Part shown: positions 11,570-24,688 of the stretch, piece after piece
How the letters are laid out: each line of letters starts with the position of its first letter
Numbering within the stretch: the first letter of the stretch is position 1
From: Auanema rhodensis
Taxonomy: Eukaryota; Animalia; Nematoda
Direction: 5' to 3'
Assembly: GCA_964057225.1 (NCBI GenBank)
Contig: OZ059897.1
Location: 5,456,001-5,520,000, forward strand
DNA length: 64,000 nucleotides
Translations under genes and position numbers: made by a program
The notes under the pieces: generated by a model
What the model was told of the DNA's origin: nothing
What the model saw: the letters and a program-made list of their open reading frames with translations, nothing else
Databases searched by the model: none

Positions 11570-14430
11570 TTAAGATTTTACAAATAAAGGCCTGTAACCC
11601 AATTGTAAATATACAAAGTAAAAAATACTGTTAGGAGGGGAATTCTTTCCTACAGTCACAAGATATTCAATTGATCGTGTTGTCTTTTTATTCCAATCGG
11701 ATATATGAATATCTTCTACATGACCGCCCAAAGATCTGAAAGCTATAGATTGTTGATTTAAAACATAATGATTTCCAACTTCAATCGTATATCATCTATT
11801 AGTTCTTCGTAAATTTGGATAATACTTAAAATATCCTTGACACAACCGCTGGACTTGGTGGATGTCTACATGAAGGCTTTGCTTTTCTTCAAACTACAGA
11901 GTAAAACTTACCCATGAAATTATGAGCACTTCTGTTTCTCTACAAACTAATTCAACATCTATAAAATTTTCCGCCGAGTCTATTTTTCTAATGGTAGAAT
12001 CAATAAGATAATTTAGCTAAAACGATAATGCATGAAACAATTACTCGAATAATAAAGTACCGTAAGGTAAAACTGTTCCCTCATTACGGCCACAATTCTC
12101 GAGAGTTTATCTACAATATATCTAAAACGTCTCTTTGTGGGAATGGCTCTCGAAATGCCGCGAAAAGCTGAAATAAATACTTTCTAAAGGCACTATATAT
12201 TGGGCTTACTATCATATTTAATAGACTCTAAAAGCTCTTTCATTCTGAAAAGTTTTAACCAAAGTTCCAGAAATCCACTCATTGCATCAACAAGAGTGGC
12301 TCGAAATAGAGAATCTAATGGAGGTGGTATCTGAATAGAAAACAGTACTTTTATCTATAAGCCGATAAAAAATAATTACAGAAGCACTGAAGGTTTTAGA
12401 CTTCAAATTAAAATCCCAAATAGTAGCTCTTGATACCCCAGACGTACTGAGTACTTGAGAGAAACAAATTTCCTGGAACATATTTTTCTAATTTTCTCCT
12501 GAACATTTCCCTACTTTTCTTCCCGGTTTGTATAAATATTGTGCAAGAATATCCGAAAATTTCCCAATCAATAAAACCTTAACGCTTAATAAATATTAGC
12601 CTTTTTTCGTTCTAACTAACTTTCATATCCTTATACAGGGATATTAAGTGTTTTTCCTTCGTTACAGTAAACAATTCTGCGGACCAAACTTCCGAAACTT
12701 TTCTTGCAGCTCGAAGCATAACTTCTCGAAGCTCATCTACATTGAACAGTCTAAACAAGATAAAGATATAAATACATATAAAAATATTTAGAACATACCT
12801 CTGTTTTTTAAAATTAATCTCGCTAGTAATCTCTTCTTCTATAGCGTTAGTGTAAAATGGTTCACAATGCGATTTTAATTTAAGCATTTTTCGAAATTTT
12901 AGGGCTCGGACAATCTAAAAAACAACCAAAATGCTGATAAGAGGGAAATACATTAGAAAAAAAACCTCTGTTATCAAAGGCAAACTCCATAAAGTCAAAC
13001 TCAAATCGCCAGCTTTTCGTACAAATATCTGATCAGGTTCAGTTATTTCACTGAAAAACAATATCTCAAAAAATTGATAAAAATTAAAGAACTTGAAAAA
13101 AATCGAATGATCGGTAAATCCTGCAGGAATCGTCAAAGATGAGAAAACATAATCAAGGAATCGGAATTGAGTACTCAAGAACTGTTTTTGAATTTTGGCA
13201 GCGTAATCTGCCTAAATGAGAATAAAAAAAGAAAACGTCTTAAAAAACACAAACTAAGTGACTCACAGCGGGGGTGGAGGAATAAGCGAATGAGCCAGTA
13301 GAGTTGATAAGGATAAACCACGCATACTCAACCTATATTAAATTTAAAAATAAATGATATAACATTAACACTGAACTTCTATCCATTTCCACTTATGCCC
13401 ACTTTTAATGGGAGACACCATATAATAAATCATTTGAGTTTTATCCCGTAGTGTTTGCGTCTCCATGGGTAGAGATTGAATTACTTAAAATGAGCATTTG
13501 AATTAAAAAATAAAAATAAAGTCAAATCGAACCAATATTTTTTCTCGATAATTCATCGATTGAATTTTCACAGTCGTCAAGAAATGATCTGATTATTGAG
13601 CATAAACACTAAACTTTGTATCATTAATAAATCCCTCTAGTTAATACCTACTTCAATGAAAACCGGAGGATTCTGTATAGTTTCTTGACGGTCAACAAAG
13701 CTGATTATTTCATCCAATTGTTGAAGAAGAGGTAAGAATGAACTAACCATAGCTTCCAACTAAACAAACACAATGACCCGGAAAAATCATTTCAACTACC
13801 GTTTCTTTTTGCAAACATGACAGGATATCATTTGATGGAAAAGAGAACAATGTATTCATCACAACTCTGTCATCTTCTACTATGAACAAACAATCTTCAA
13901 AGAAAATTAACTATATTAAATACATCAAAAAGCACACCATCCGTCTGTTTCTGGAGGAAACGTGGAGTTCGAATAAATTGTAGAATATGATAAACTAGAG
14001 AACGAGAATTGAGAATGTAGTATTGCTGTCTTAAATCTTAATGATTGGAACATAATGAAATTTAATTAACTACCTCTCATCATAACGACTTGAAATTTCC
14101 TTTTTCAACACATTATCCCAGTACTTCTTATTTGTTAAATCATGCTCTACTCTAATGGCATTCTTAGTGATTGGCGGTAAATTATTATTCCATCTAGATG
14201 TTCCATATCCGGAGTCACGTCCTGTTTGTAATAAGTCCTCGCTTACTGAGCTACCATCCTCGAAATTATAGAAATTTAACTAAAAGGAATTTATTCCAGC
14301 ACACTATCGAAACATCAAAATACCTCCTCAGCTATCAAATCAATATCATATGGAACGTCATAATCATAGAAATCATCTTCCTATATAATCTACATGAACC
14401 AAATTTACAAAATCAGGTGAAACAAACCAT
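11570..14430 (-). CDS. Divergent gamma-tubulin complex component (Spc97/Spc98 GRIP family), most like GCP5/TUBGCP5; about 20 small exons
   Basis: Spliced peptides MEDDFYDYDVPYDIDLIAEE..RDSGYGT..VEHDLTNKKYWDN, SLVYHILQFI..LFIVEDDRVVMN..LSCLQKETLEAMVSSFLPLLQQLDEIISFVD and KVLFSIQIPPPLDSLF..GFLELWLKLFRMKELL parallel GRIP1/GRIP2 segments of animal GCP5 as I recall them. Confidence 0.65.
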
Positions 14431-14860
14431 TATGATTTTAAATATGTCGAGAAGAAAAACAAACTTTCAGATTGAAACTTAAAAGGTGCTCATTAGCTTT
14501 AAATCATTGAATGAAAACAGATATCTTACAAAGTCTAATTGAGTATTGAAAAAACATTTTAGAATTTTTAGATTCATTAAGCTTATTAAACATATATACC
14601 TAGTAACTATTAAGTGCATTCAACAATCTAAGATGAGTAAATGACTAGAAGAAAACGTCAAGATGATAGCTAGGTAAAATAAACAAGACTTATGAACGGA
14701 TAAACATTAAAACAATATTAAAAACATCTAAACCTGGTAAACTAATGGTTCTACACAACCTAGACGTATGGCAAATTATTCAAAACATCCTGGATAACAG
14801 AATATGATCGTTTTCATTATTATTTTTTGATTCTGTACAAACATGACAATAAGAGCTCAA

Positions 14861-17800
14861 CTAAGGAGAAGGAGAATCAGTTCGTAAAAACGATGATGAG
14901 AACTGCTCTAAATTTCGGAGCAGTAAAGCGGTTTTTCCTCTGAAAACAACATTATATAATAAATGAATTTTACTTGCTAAATTTACTTGATTGTAGCAAA
15001 GGCTTTCAGAGTTGAGTCCACTTTTTCAATCTTTCTCTTGCCTTTATCTAAATCATCCTTCATTTCTCGGTGGACACCACCAACAGTGGTTCTGAGACCA
15101 TCAAACACTTGATCCATTTCTCTAAAGATAAAGCTTTTTTTCCGATTTGAAAAGCGTCAACGATACCTCACAGCCTGGACTTCACAATGAGAAATATGGG
15201 CAGCAGCAACCTATAGTAAAGTTTTGAGATGTAAAAGGTGATCTGCTGGGGACAAACCTGCTTCATTCTGGCAGCTAAGTGAGATCTAAATTGCTCCTTG
15301 AAGTGCTGCTCTTTAGCACTCGAATTCCAACGTAGTCTTTCCATAGCATACAATCCACCGTAACAGGCTGCACCAACAGCAATAACCTTAACGTTCCGAT
15401 TTTACATAGAACAGAGATAACTAAAAAAATACCCTCCATCCAACAGCTTTATAAACAATTCCACAAGCTACCATCACTCCGATACTACCATTTGCTAAAT
15501 AAGCAGCTGAGCTTAGGACCATTTGAGTCATCACGGCGTTTTCTTCCGCAGCCAAATATACAGCATCGTTAGGATCATCTCGTAAAGCTTTGTGCTGAAA
15601 AATCATGACTACACAGTGAAACACTACCTCAATGAGTAATACCGCTCTCATTGGTGTTAAAAGATTTGTTTGAATAGCGGTAACAGGCTGGCCAGATCTA
15701 TACGCAACAATTCTGCGGATTATCGAGGATAATCCAAACGTAAAACGGAATTCAAGGTCCTCATGAAAATCTCTGGAAGTTGAAAATTATACAAATCGAA
15801 GAAAAAGTTATTCATACTTAACAAGAGCAGGTGCGTCAACACAGATAGAAAACTTGAATGGTGCTCTATAGCGCCACACTTCTTCTAGTTTATGTTGGTA
15901 AGGCTCTGCCAAAATCTTTTTAACAAAATCTAAATCAAGTAAATGGGCTATTGAACCATAACAGGTAATAACATACGGAACATATCATTTTCTAAATTCC
16001 AAATCCTAGACATGAGACCACCTGTGCAACGCGCCTCTAGATCGGCGTTCACGGAATCATTAGTGAATATTGAGAGTGCCTTAAACCAAAACATAGCTTA
16101 TACAATGAAACAATACTGGAATGTACCTCCTTATATTTCTCGATTCCTTCAGAAGAATCCATAAAAGGTTGATTAAATCTATCAATTATTGCCTCGAGTC
16201 TCATAATCTCTTCAGCAAAATCGGCAGATACCTAAACAAAAATTAAAGCGAGATTTATGAGATGATATAAGATAAAAAAAACCTTGAGATGAACTTCCGC
16301 TCTTAAATGCTCAGTTTGCTCTCTGTATGCCTTTTCAAATTGGAAAAAGTTATTTCGACAATCATTAAACAGCTGTGTAGCTGCCTTAAAACAGTATGTG
16401 CTAGCAAATGTTAATATTAGAATACCATCAATCCTTCCTCATATTTAACTTTTTGTTCAGTTACTTTTCCTTGAGCAACATCAACATTGAATCGTATCTT
16501 TTGTATTATTTCTAATGCACGACGATTATGAGCTTCAAACTTTGATAATATAGCGGATCTAACAATAAAGAATATGATGGCTAAAATTTGAAAAGGGATA
16601 CCTCGATATACATTGCTCAAAGTTTTTCTCAAAATTTTCGAATTCCAACAAACGTTCTTTTGAGCCAGCTACTTGATATGCACTTTTGGTGAGACCTTTT
16701 TCTTTTAAACGAGCTTCCAAAACCTAAACAGAAGCATGAACTGGAGAGACATGTAAAATGGCAAACCTCACGAGCAGATACAAAATAAATGCGATTATTG
16801 ACTTCTTTTTCTGTACAAACTTCAAGTTCATTGACTAAAAACTGTCTAAACCTATTTTGATGCTGTTTTTTGACCTAAATAAGTTTATTATATAAAAGAT
16901 TCATGTAATCAATACCTCTTCTACATCTTCCTCCGAGGCACTAGCATCCCATCGATTGTTCAAAATAAAAACATTTGGTTTGCTTAATTTTTTAGAAACA
17001 CGGTAGAAAAAACTCTTCTCCTTTAAAATAAAAAATGCAAAACTTTAAAATATAAAAACTAACAGCTTGAGTAAGAGTCGATTCAGCGTTTAAAACTAAA
17101 ACGAACACATCAGCATCGAGACAATGTTTATCAATCCAACTATCGAACTCGGGCGATAAATCGACACCGGGACTAAACAATAGTTGAAATATTATAATTC
17201 AAAGAAACCTACCTATCAAGCAAAACAACATCATTTTGGAGAAGTCTATTCTCATTACTCTCACTATCACCAATTGGATGAAAAATTCTAGATAAATATT
17301 TTTCTATATTAATGTAAATAGAATTATGCACCTTAAAAGAGAATCTTGTCCCATTTCAGGAATATCTGAGTTTTCGGTGCTCATAGCATGTCCTATCTTT
17401 CCAAGTTCTTTAACATCAATTCGAGATGGATCATCCCCCATTATCATATAACCATTATCATCTCGACAACCTTGAACCTGCAATTACAATGAGTTACATT
17501 AGAACACACAATAATAAATAAACCTGTAGAAAGCAACAAGTGGTATGACCCATTCCTTGGGGTAACACTTTGTTATGAAGCATAGCATTAATAGTAGTAC
17601 TTTTTCCGTTACTTGTCCTACAAGTATAACAATAAAAAAAGAGAAACTATTTTCGTACAACCTGCCAAAGAATACTACTTTCATATTATCTCTTCGAAAA
17701 GTATCCATGATAGTTTGGATAGATTCTTTTAAAACAGTAATTTCAGATTCCTGCTCTTGGGGAATAACATGAGAACTTTCTTCCAAGGAAATATCTATAA

Positions 17801-18074
17801 ATCTATCATGAGCACCTGTTACAGCCTATGGTTCACCTTTATATATACTATTAAGCTCATTAACATGATCGCCTAAATCTGTATAAATTTCGCCCAAAAC
17901 TTTTTTTGCTTCTTTGAATCTTAATAAAGGTTCATCTCCATTAATTCTTCGTGTCGGTTTTCCAGACACTAAAGGAATAAACAATGTTAATAGTTTTATT
18001 TGAATGCAATACTTACAAGTCATATGAGCTCGTACATAATCACCGCTTTGATTTTGTGGCATGTATGCGCTCAT
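14861..18074 (-). CDS. fzo-1: Mitofusin / fuzzy onions GTPase
   Basis: [21 protein letters not shown]-loop, [43 protein letters not shown] region [19 protein letters not shown]-terminus LRTDSPSP*. Confidence 0.95.
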
Positions 18075-18515
18075 ACTTGAGTCATAAACACCTCTAAAAT
18101 AAAAAAAATACTAAAACTGAGTAATATAAATTATGTAAAGCATAAAACTATGGTGAATATGCAGATTAAAAGATAGACAAACAATCAAATATTGTACGTA
18201 ATGTGTATACATTTGAAAATACGCGAACTTCCGTTTTATTGTAAGTTATCAGTTAAAATGAACTTGCTAGATTAGTAAATTGAAAATTTTTATGTTACAA
18301 ATTATTCCTTTTAATTTTTAAAGGGATTAGAGTTTGGGTAATGAAAATAAGCATAAAAACTTTATTGTTTTCGAATTATAAAAATATATTTTTATATTTA
18401 ATGTTTAGCAATGCTTTCCATATAAAAGTCAATTACTAACCCTATATAATTTACAAAACGAAAACAAATACATCGTCTATTCTGAATACAAGCAAAATTA
18501 TAATATATTGATATC

Positions 18516-21463
18516 CTAAGTGGTATCTATTTGAGTGGTACTAGAGCGTTTTTTCTCTTTAATTTTTTTTTGGAACATCTTTGCCATGTTTAGGTCCTCA
18601 CCTTCTATAGTTTTCATATATTCCATTCGTACCTAAGTATAGACATACCATTTAATCAAATAAATTTTCTTACTTTTATTTCTTTGCATAACTCGAAGAT
18701 TTCCATCCATGTATCGACATGTTTAATTCTGTGGTGTAGGGAACTTCTCCATCCTTGTCTTTGCCACACGGGCATCCAGGATTTAAGTGATTTTATTAAA
18801 AAAGTCGAATTTGACCTGATGATAACTAATTTTTCATTTTCTGCTTTAGCCTATCATATATATATAATTAATTAAAATTATCTAACGAAAAAGAACCTTT
18901 CTAAGAATTTCTAATAATTGTAATGGTATAGAGGACTGATGCCACGGTACAAATGTTGGGGAGCAATTAGGTCCCGTCTGAAATTAAAAGATTGAGTGAA
19001 TATATTTCAAAAGTACACACTTTATCATAAATTATTCCTGGCTGAAATTTTGTACCATATTTAAATACACGGGCTCTCAATACTCTAAATTATTGTTGAT
19101 TAAGTTTAACTTTACATTACCACTACCCATCGATATCTAGCTCCTGGTTATCAGTTATATCTTCTAGAGTCCAGCTATACTCCGTGGTATCTTTTCGTGT
19201 GAGTGGAAACGACAATCCTTCTTCGCATAATTCACTTACTATTTTCCAATCCTTGTTGTCATTATTTAAGGCTTCATAGCGGTACCTCACTTCCTAAAAA
19301 AAACATGAAAAAAATAAGCTGATGCCGACAACTTACAAATCCTTTTACATTAACTAAATCTAGTATTCTTTCATAAATAAAATAATTTGGAGCCTGACGT
19401 CCAGAACTAGTGTACCACCTGAACGAGTATTTCATTTAACTTATTCTACGGTCAAACATACTTTTCTCGAAGATATTTCAGAAAATAAGGTGAATTAATA
19501 ACTAAAAGAACGTTTTTTAATTTGCAGTCCACCGCCTGTAATAGGACAGTGATAAATTTTATTATATATGTTCTTACTTGTTTCAAGGCTGTTTCAATTG
19601 CTATTAATTCGGCTCGAAACAAAGTTACTGGATAAAGGGAAAATCGGTGAGGTACATTTCTTCCACATTCCCCGCCTAACCAATACGTACAGTATGATGC
19701 AGAAGCAAAGCCTGTGAAGACCAAGCAAGAATAACTATATTTATGATATTATATACCATTCGCTTCTTTTTCAAATTTTGTTCCAATATAACAAATAGGC
19801 CACTTTTTTTCGGGCATCGTCGTTTCAGCACCATAACAGTCATAGACAGTGTTTAGCTTGATATCTGTTATATCCGAAATTTTAAATATTCAAATAATGT
19901 ATACCTTTCAAGAAATCCGATTTAGTTGAGCTTAAAGCTTCTTTAGATTTGAATGTCTGATCATTTAACAGTAATTCAGTAACATAGTTAGGCTTGCCAT
20001 TTTCTACAGCTGGTACATATTCGAAAGTAACCTATTACAAAATAGCAAACTTTTTAATTGCATATGCTATACCTTTTTATTCTGAATAATATGATGTAAT
20101 TCACGTAGAAGTTCAGCATTTGGTACTTTGTTGCCATTAGTCGTAATATAGTTATCGTTCTCCAACTGTTCAAGATGTTCCTTGAGATGACCGGGAAATT
20201 TGAAATCTGTCTGGATGTGTAACTTCTTTTTTGAAGACTGAAACCAGGACATCATAAATCCGTATATAAAATATTTCCAACCGATTTAATTGCAAGAATC
20301 ATAGCCTGAATCATTGCTCCAACAAACGTGTAAGATTTGTCTAATACTTTCAAGCAGTTGCGACTATCGTTTTCTCCAAAATAAATGCCTAATTTAGAGA
20401 CTCTTTCTCCTCTCTTATTAGAATAAGAATAACCCGTACAGTGTGCTATGTCAGTACTGCAAACATATACCAATAAATAAGAATTTGTCTAAGCTGTAAT
20501 ACTTGGATCCTCGACTATGACCAAGGAAACATCGAGATATTCTGATAGCGTGTGCAGTTTGAAAATTCAACGTTGAAAACATCTCGTGTCATGGAACTAA
20601 AAAACAATGAACACGTTCAGGTTGACAAAATTTACAGAAGTATTGCATTGTTGGAACTAGAGTAAATTATAAAGTAAGAAGATCAATAATTTATATCTTT
20701 ATAACCGTCGAAAACAATTATCTAGCTTTTCACGGAAGTCCGATTCAGCGCAACTTTTCTTCACATCATTTTCCAGAGTTTTTAATTCTAGCCCATGATA
20801 CTTGAGAATATCATCAGATAACAACTGGAGATCACCCTGAGAAAAAATGATGCGGCTTTTCAACGTTAGTTAAATACCATTAGTTGTTTCGAATCATCCG
20901 CATTAACACAGGATTGAATTATATCCAAAGATTTTTTCTCCTTTTTCGGAGTGAAGAGCCCCTTGCCAGTTTTGACTACGATATCATTACTTGAATATAC
21001 AACCACAGACCTTTCCTTATAAAATATACCCTTAAGTTCATATTTTTAAAATATATATCAATAAAAACTAACTAGTACAAAGGCATATAACACAGCAGAA
21101 ACTTCTGCTGAGTAAAAACTGTATGACTCGAGATCGATTCTCAAGTTTCTAAAATTCACGAGATGAAATCTTTTATCCTGAGCTTACCTCTGAGGATATT
21201 TAGGCCAAACCAATAATATAGCAGGACTTGGGTTTTTCCTGGTAACTACAAAAATTGAAGGTGCCCTAGGTGAGCGGATCAAACAACGAAAGAATCACAA
21301 TATTCAACTTTCCGCGAATTCTACTTTGAAGAAATGTTCTTTTAACATCATTGCTAGGTTTCTCATTTTGCACAATCTTAGTTAAATGAGCCCAAGCTTT
21401 TTCAATGGTTTCTTTTGAGTGACCAGGTCCTACTGTACAACGTCTAACAAATGTGAGAAACAT
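18516..21463 (-). CDS. Protein with four tandem, catalytically degenerate RNase H1-like domains; possible N-terminal mitochondrial presequence
   Basis: Four repeats of the RNase H1 pattern (G-x-Y/W-G..N, AE/L-x-A, V-x-I-x-[TS]-[DN]-S, W..NG..V.N.E/D): LVWPKYPQRN..SAEVSAV..VVVYSSN; LGIYFGENDSRN..HIQTDF..NGNKVPNAELL; YCTYWLG..FRAELIAIETAL..LLVINSPY; IIRSNSTFLIKSLKSWMPVWQRQGW. A GTTTAG acceptor lies 2 nt before the ATG. Confidence 0.75.
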
Positions 21464-21668
21464 CGCTAAACTACTTATAATATAATTCTTACAAAAGGTT
21501 TTGAAAGCTATTTAAGATCGATAAAGGGATTCCAATTACCTCAGAGAAACTTCATAAGAAAAAGAAAAAAAAAGCAAAATATTTTTAATCATAAAACACC
21601 AAATCAGAACCACAATGAAAAAAGATATCTTAACTTTGGAAACAATCTTACATATCAGTCCAAATCAA

Positions 21669-22723
21669 TTATCGATACATTTCCGCACCTTTTCTTGCTA
21701 ATGCATCTGCTTCTTCATTACCAGTAATACCACAATGTGCTTTCACCTTTTCAAATTTTACCTGAATATAAAAGATAAGTACTGTAAAGCAAAAGAAAAC
21801 GCACATCAATTGTTTTTCTCAGTTCTTTAATTTGAACAAGTAGCTCTTTGTTTTTAACGTCACCTTTATCAGTTTTCCAGCCATTTCTACTCAATAAGCT
21901 ACAAATCTAATTTTGAATTTTAGCAAACTTTTCCCATTTATTTATCCAAATATCACAAGAATTAATGCACAATTGAGAATCGGTGCAAACAACAACACTC
22001 TTAAACTCATCCTTTTTAGCCTAAAAATTAAGTTTCAAATAATATTCATAGTGTTCATCACCTGCTCTATGGCTTTAATCACTGCTAGGAGTTCTCCTCT
22101 ATTATTGGTAGCGGCACCATCTACTGGACCACATGAATTATTTGGATGGTCTGGTCCCCAATATACACCCCATCCAGCCTATTGAGTATTTAATCCGTTA
22201 ATACTTATGAAAAATGAAACTTTTGCTCCTTTTTTTCCGTTTGAAGAACAGGCTCCGTCGGTATAAACAACAGCACAATCATTGGTTGACTCCCTAAATG
22301 AAATAAATAATACAATATATGATAAAGAGTTTACAGTAGAGAACGCTTGATTTCATGTTTGTTTGGTGAGCTTGAATGTACCCTTTTACGCTGATTAATT
22401 GCTGAAAAATGAATAAGTTGGAAACTTCTAAGCTAGTTCTCACAATTCGATGTACAGGTTTTGTGAGATGTATCTGTATCTTTATGTAATTTTATAAAAG
22501 CATCTGCTTCCTCAATAGTGGTGAACTTTTTGAATCTGAATATTTCACGCAACTTATATTTGAATAATTAGCCTATCTGGCAAAAACAAAATTCATATTT
22601 TAACAACAACTAATTTTACCTAGGACCTGAGAAACCATCAACCTGTTTCTTGCATTCAAGCCATGTATTATACACCCCAACATTTTTTCCTCTAGCAACA
22701 GCATAAAAAGCTCTATTTCCCAT
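21669..22723 (-). CDS. rnh-1.0: Ribonuclease H1 with an N-terminal hybrid-binding domain
   Basis: HBD FYAVARGKNVGVYNTWLECKKQVDGF..FKKF. Catalytic motifs VYTDGACSSNG, TNNRGELLA, VCTDSQ and AHCGITGNEEADALA (complete D-E-D-D plus His). Confidence 0.93.
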
Positions 22724-23268
22724 GAGGTATACGACTTTTTGAGCTGAAATTTAAAGAATTGCATATAATTTTTAAAAAAATGCTTTTAGAAAGCATTTTC
22801 AGATGTTCAGTACAGTAAGAATAGAATATTGTTTTTGGAGCACTACTCCAACATATTTATACAGTATGAAAAAAGGAGGAAGAAATGCATTAAAAAATTT
22901 TCGGAGGTTTATAAAAATCATAAGAAAAAAATATAATTTGTTACTTCTTGAAATAAAGTAGAATAAGCGAGATAGAAATCTTGTAAAGAACTCAAGTTCA
23001 CATAAACATAAAAACTTTTATTTAGTACAAACGCATTAAAACAGTATGCTTTTCTAATTGAACCCCTTGCACGATGAAAGTGATTGAAAATTTTGTTTAA
23101 AAGGCCAAGTTCTATTAAAAGCAAGAACTCATAACTAAAGCTCTTATCAATATCACGGTTATCTATAGACTTTGGAGTATTGTACATAGCTTAGAAGATT
23201 TATCGAACAAAATTAAAAGGGGAATATATACAAATATAATTATACCAGAGCATGTATGAAACGAGTAA

Positions 23269-24081
23269 TTAATCCCGTAATTGTGCTAAACGTTGGGTCA
23301 TAGCTTCAAATTCTTCGTTCTGTTCAACATGAGGTCCATCAACCAGTGGGTTAGTAACAGCAGCAGGTGCTTTACCAAGCTCTCCGGCAGTAATTTCCCA
23401 TAGAATCTTATCGACCTCTTCCTGAACAAAAATATTAATGAAATATTTAAAAGAATAATTCACATTGGCCTCTTCTTCAAGTCCTTCAGGTTCTAAACTT
23501 TCCATAGTATCAGAAATCATTTCATCAATTATTCCGAGTTTTGTCATCTCACCAGACATTTCTCTCATAGTTTTCATAATCTCCGGAACCTGAAATATAT
23601 ATATATATAATTCAACAAAGACTTCCACACCTTGACGAGACTCTGCATACTTCTCATAACTTCTGTAGATTTTTGTAGTGAACCAGCCATTCGAATAGTT
23701 GCAAGTTGCTCTTGCATACACATAATTACACTATTTATTTGAGCTTTACTAACGTGTATCTTGGATATAGCCTAAACTAATAAATTAAAAAATGTTCCTT
23801 GTTAAAAAGAAGAAAACCTTTCGCGATTGTAACAAAGATTTAGCTAATATAATACAGACATCTCTATCACCTTTTTTAGCGGCGTCTTTAATTTCTTTTG
23901 TTACCTAAAATAACAAATAGAAGAAACTGAAAAATGAGTAATGTTTACAAAATACCTTGAGCTCTTCTCTTTGAATACCATGAATTTGCCTATCCAACGT
24001 CCTAACTTCCTGTCTCATTTTCCTTTGGAGCTCACGCACTTGCTCTTTCGGATCCTTTTTCTTCCCAAAAAGTCCCATCAT
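23269..24081 (-). CDS. vps-24: ESCRT-III subunit CHMP3/Vps24
   Basis: MGLFGKKKDPKEQVRE..LDRQI..AAKKGDRDVCIILAK..GSLQKSTEVM..EEVDKILWEITAGELGKAP..MTQRLAQLRD*. Confidence 0.95.
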
Positions 24082-24688
24082 CTACAGTTAAATAAGAATT
24101 ATATTAATTTGACAAAAACAAAAAAAGGAGACTAATACATATTTAAAGAATACATCAATTCTTTTCATTGCAAGATTATCAAGAACTAAACTATTTTATC
24201 AGGTTTTGATGGTGATTCACTCAAACGTAACCCATAACATCGTCAAAAAATATGACACAACTTAATCATACTTAAATAAAATGATTCATGCTAGATGTTA
24301 ATGTAAACACATTCACAAATCAAAGATAAATCATTGAAAAACTTTTAAACGAATAAATAAATAAATTAAAGAAATAAAGCAAGATGAACACAAAAATGTG
24401 GGCGTGGCTATCACGCAAAAACCGCTTGTTTTGTGTTTCCTTTATTTGCACCGTATTCAAAGTAGCTTCATCTTTTTTATTCTTTTTATTATGTATACTA
24501 ATAATGCTTCATAATATTAGTTATAATATTCTAACAAAATAATGGAAATATATAAAAAAAAAACATTTTTTTAACAATTTAGAATTTTGTTTGCGTATGC
24601 CCTTCTTATGTGCACCTGCTTCCTGTACAAAATGCTAAATTTGTATATTGATTTACGTTATAGAGACAGTGGTTAATATAGATGTGAA
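24082..24688. promoter_or_regulatory. Candidate bidirectional promoter between two divergent gene clusters
   Basis: Head-to-head ATGs at 24081 (-) and 24689 (+). GC-box-like GTGGGCGTGGC near 24398-24408 in otherwise AT-rich DNA. Confidence 0.55.

Noticed and set aside
22744-22900. Upstream mitochondrial-targeting exon for rnh-1.0
   Set aside because: The candidate upstream ATG frame hits a stop. The TTTCAG at 22744 is adequately explained as a trans-splice acceptor.
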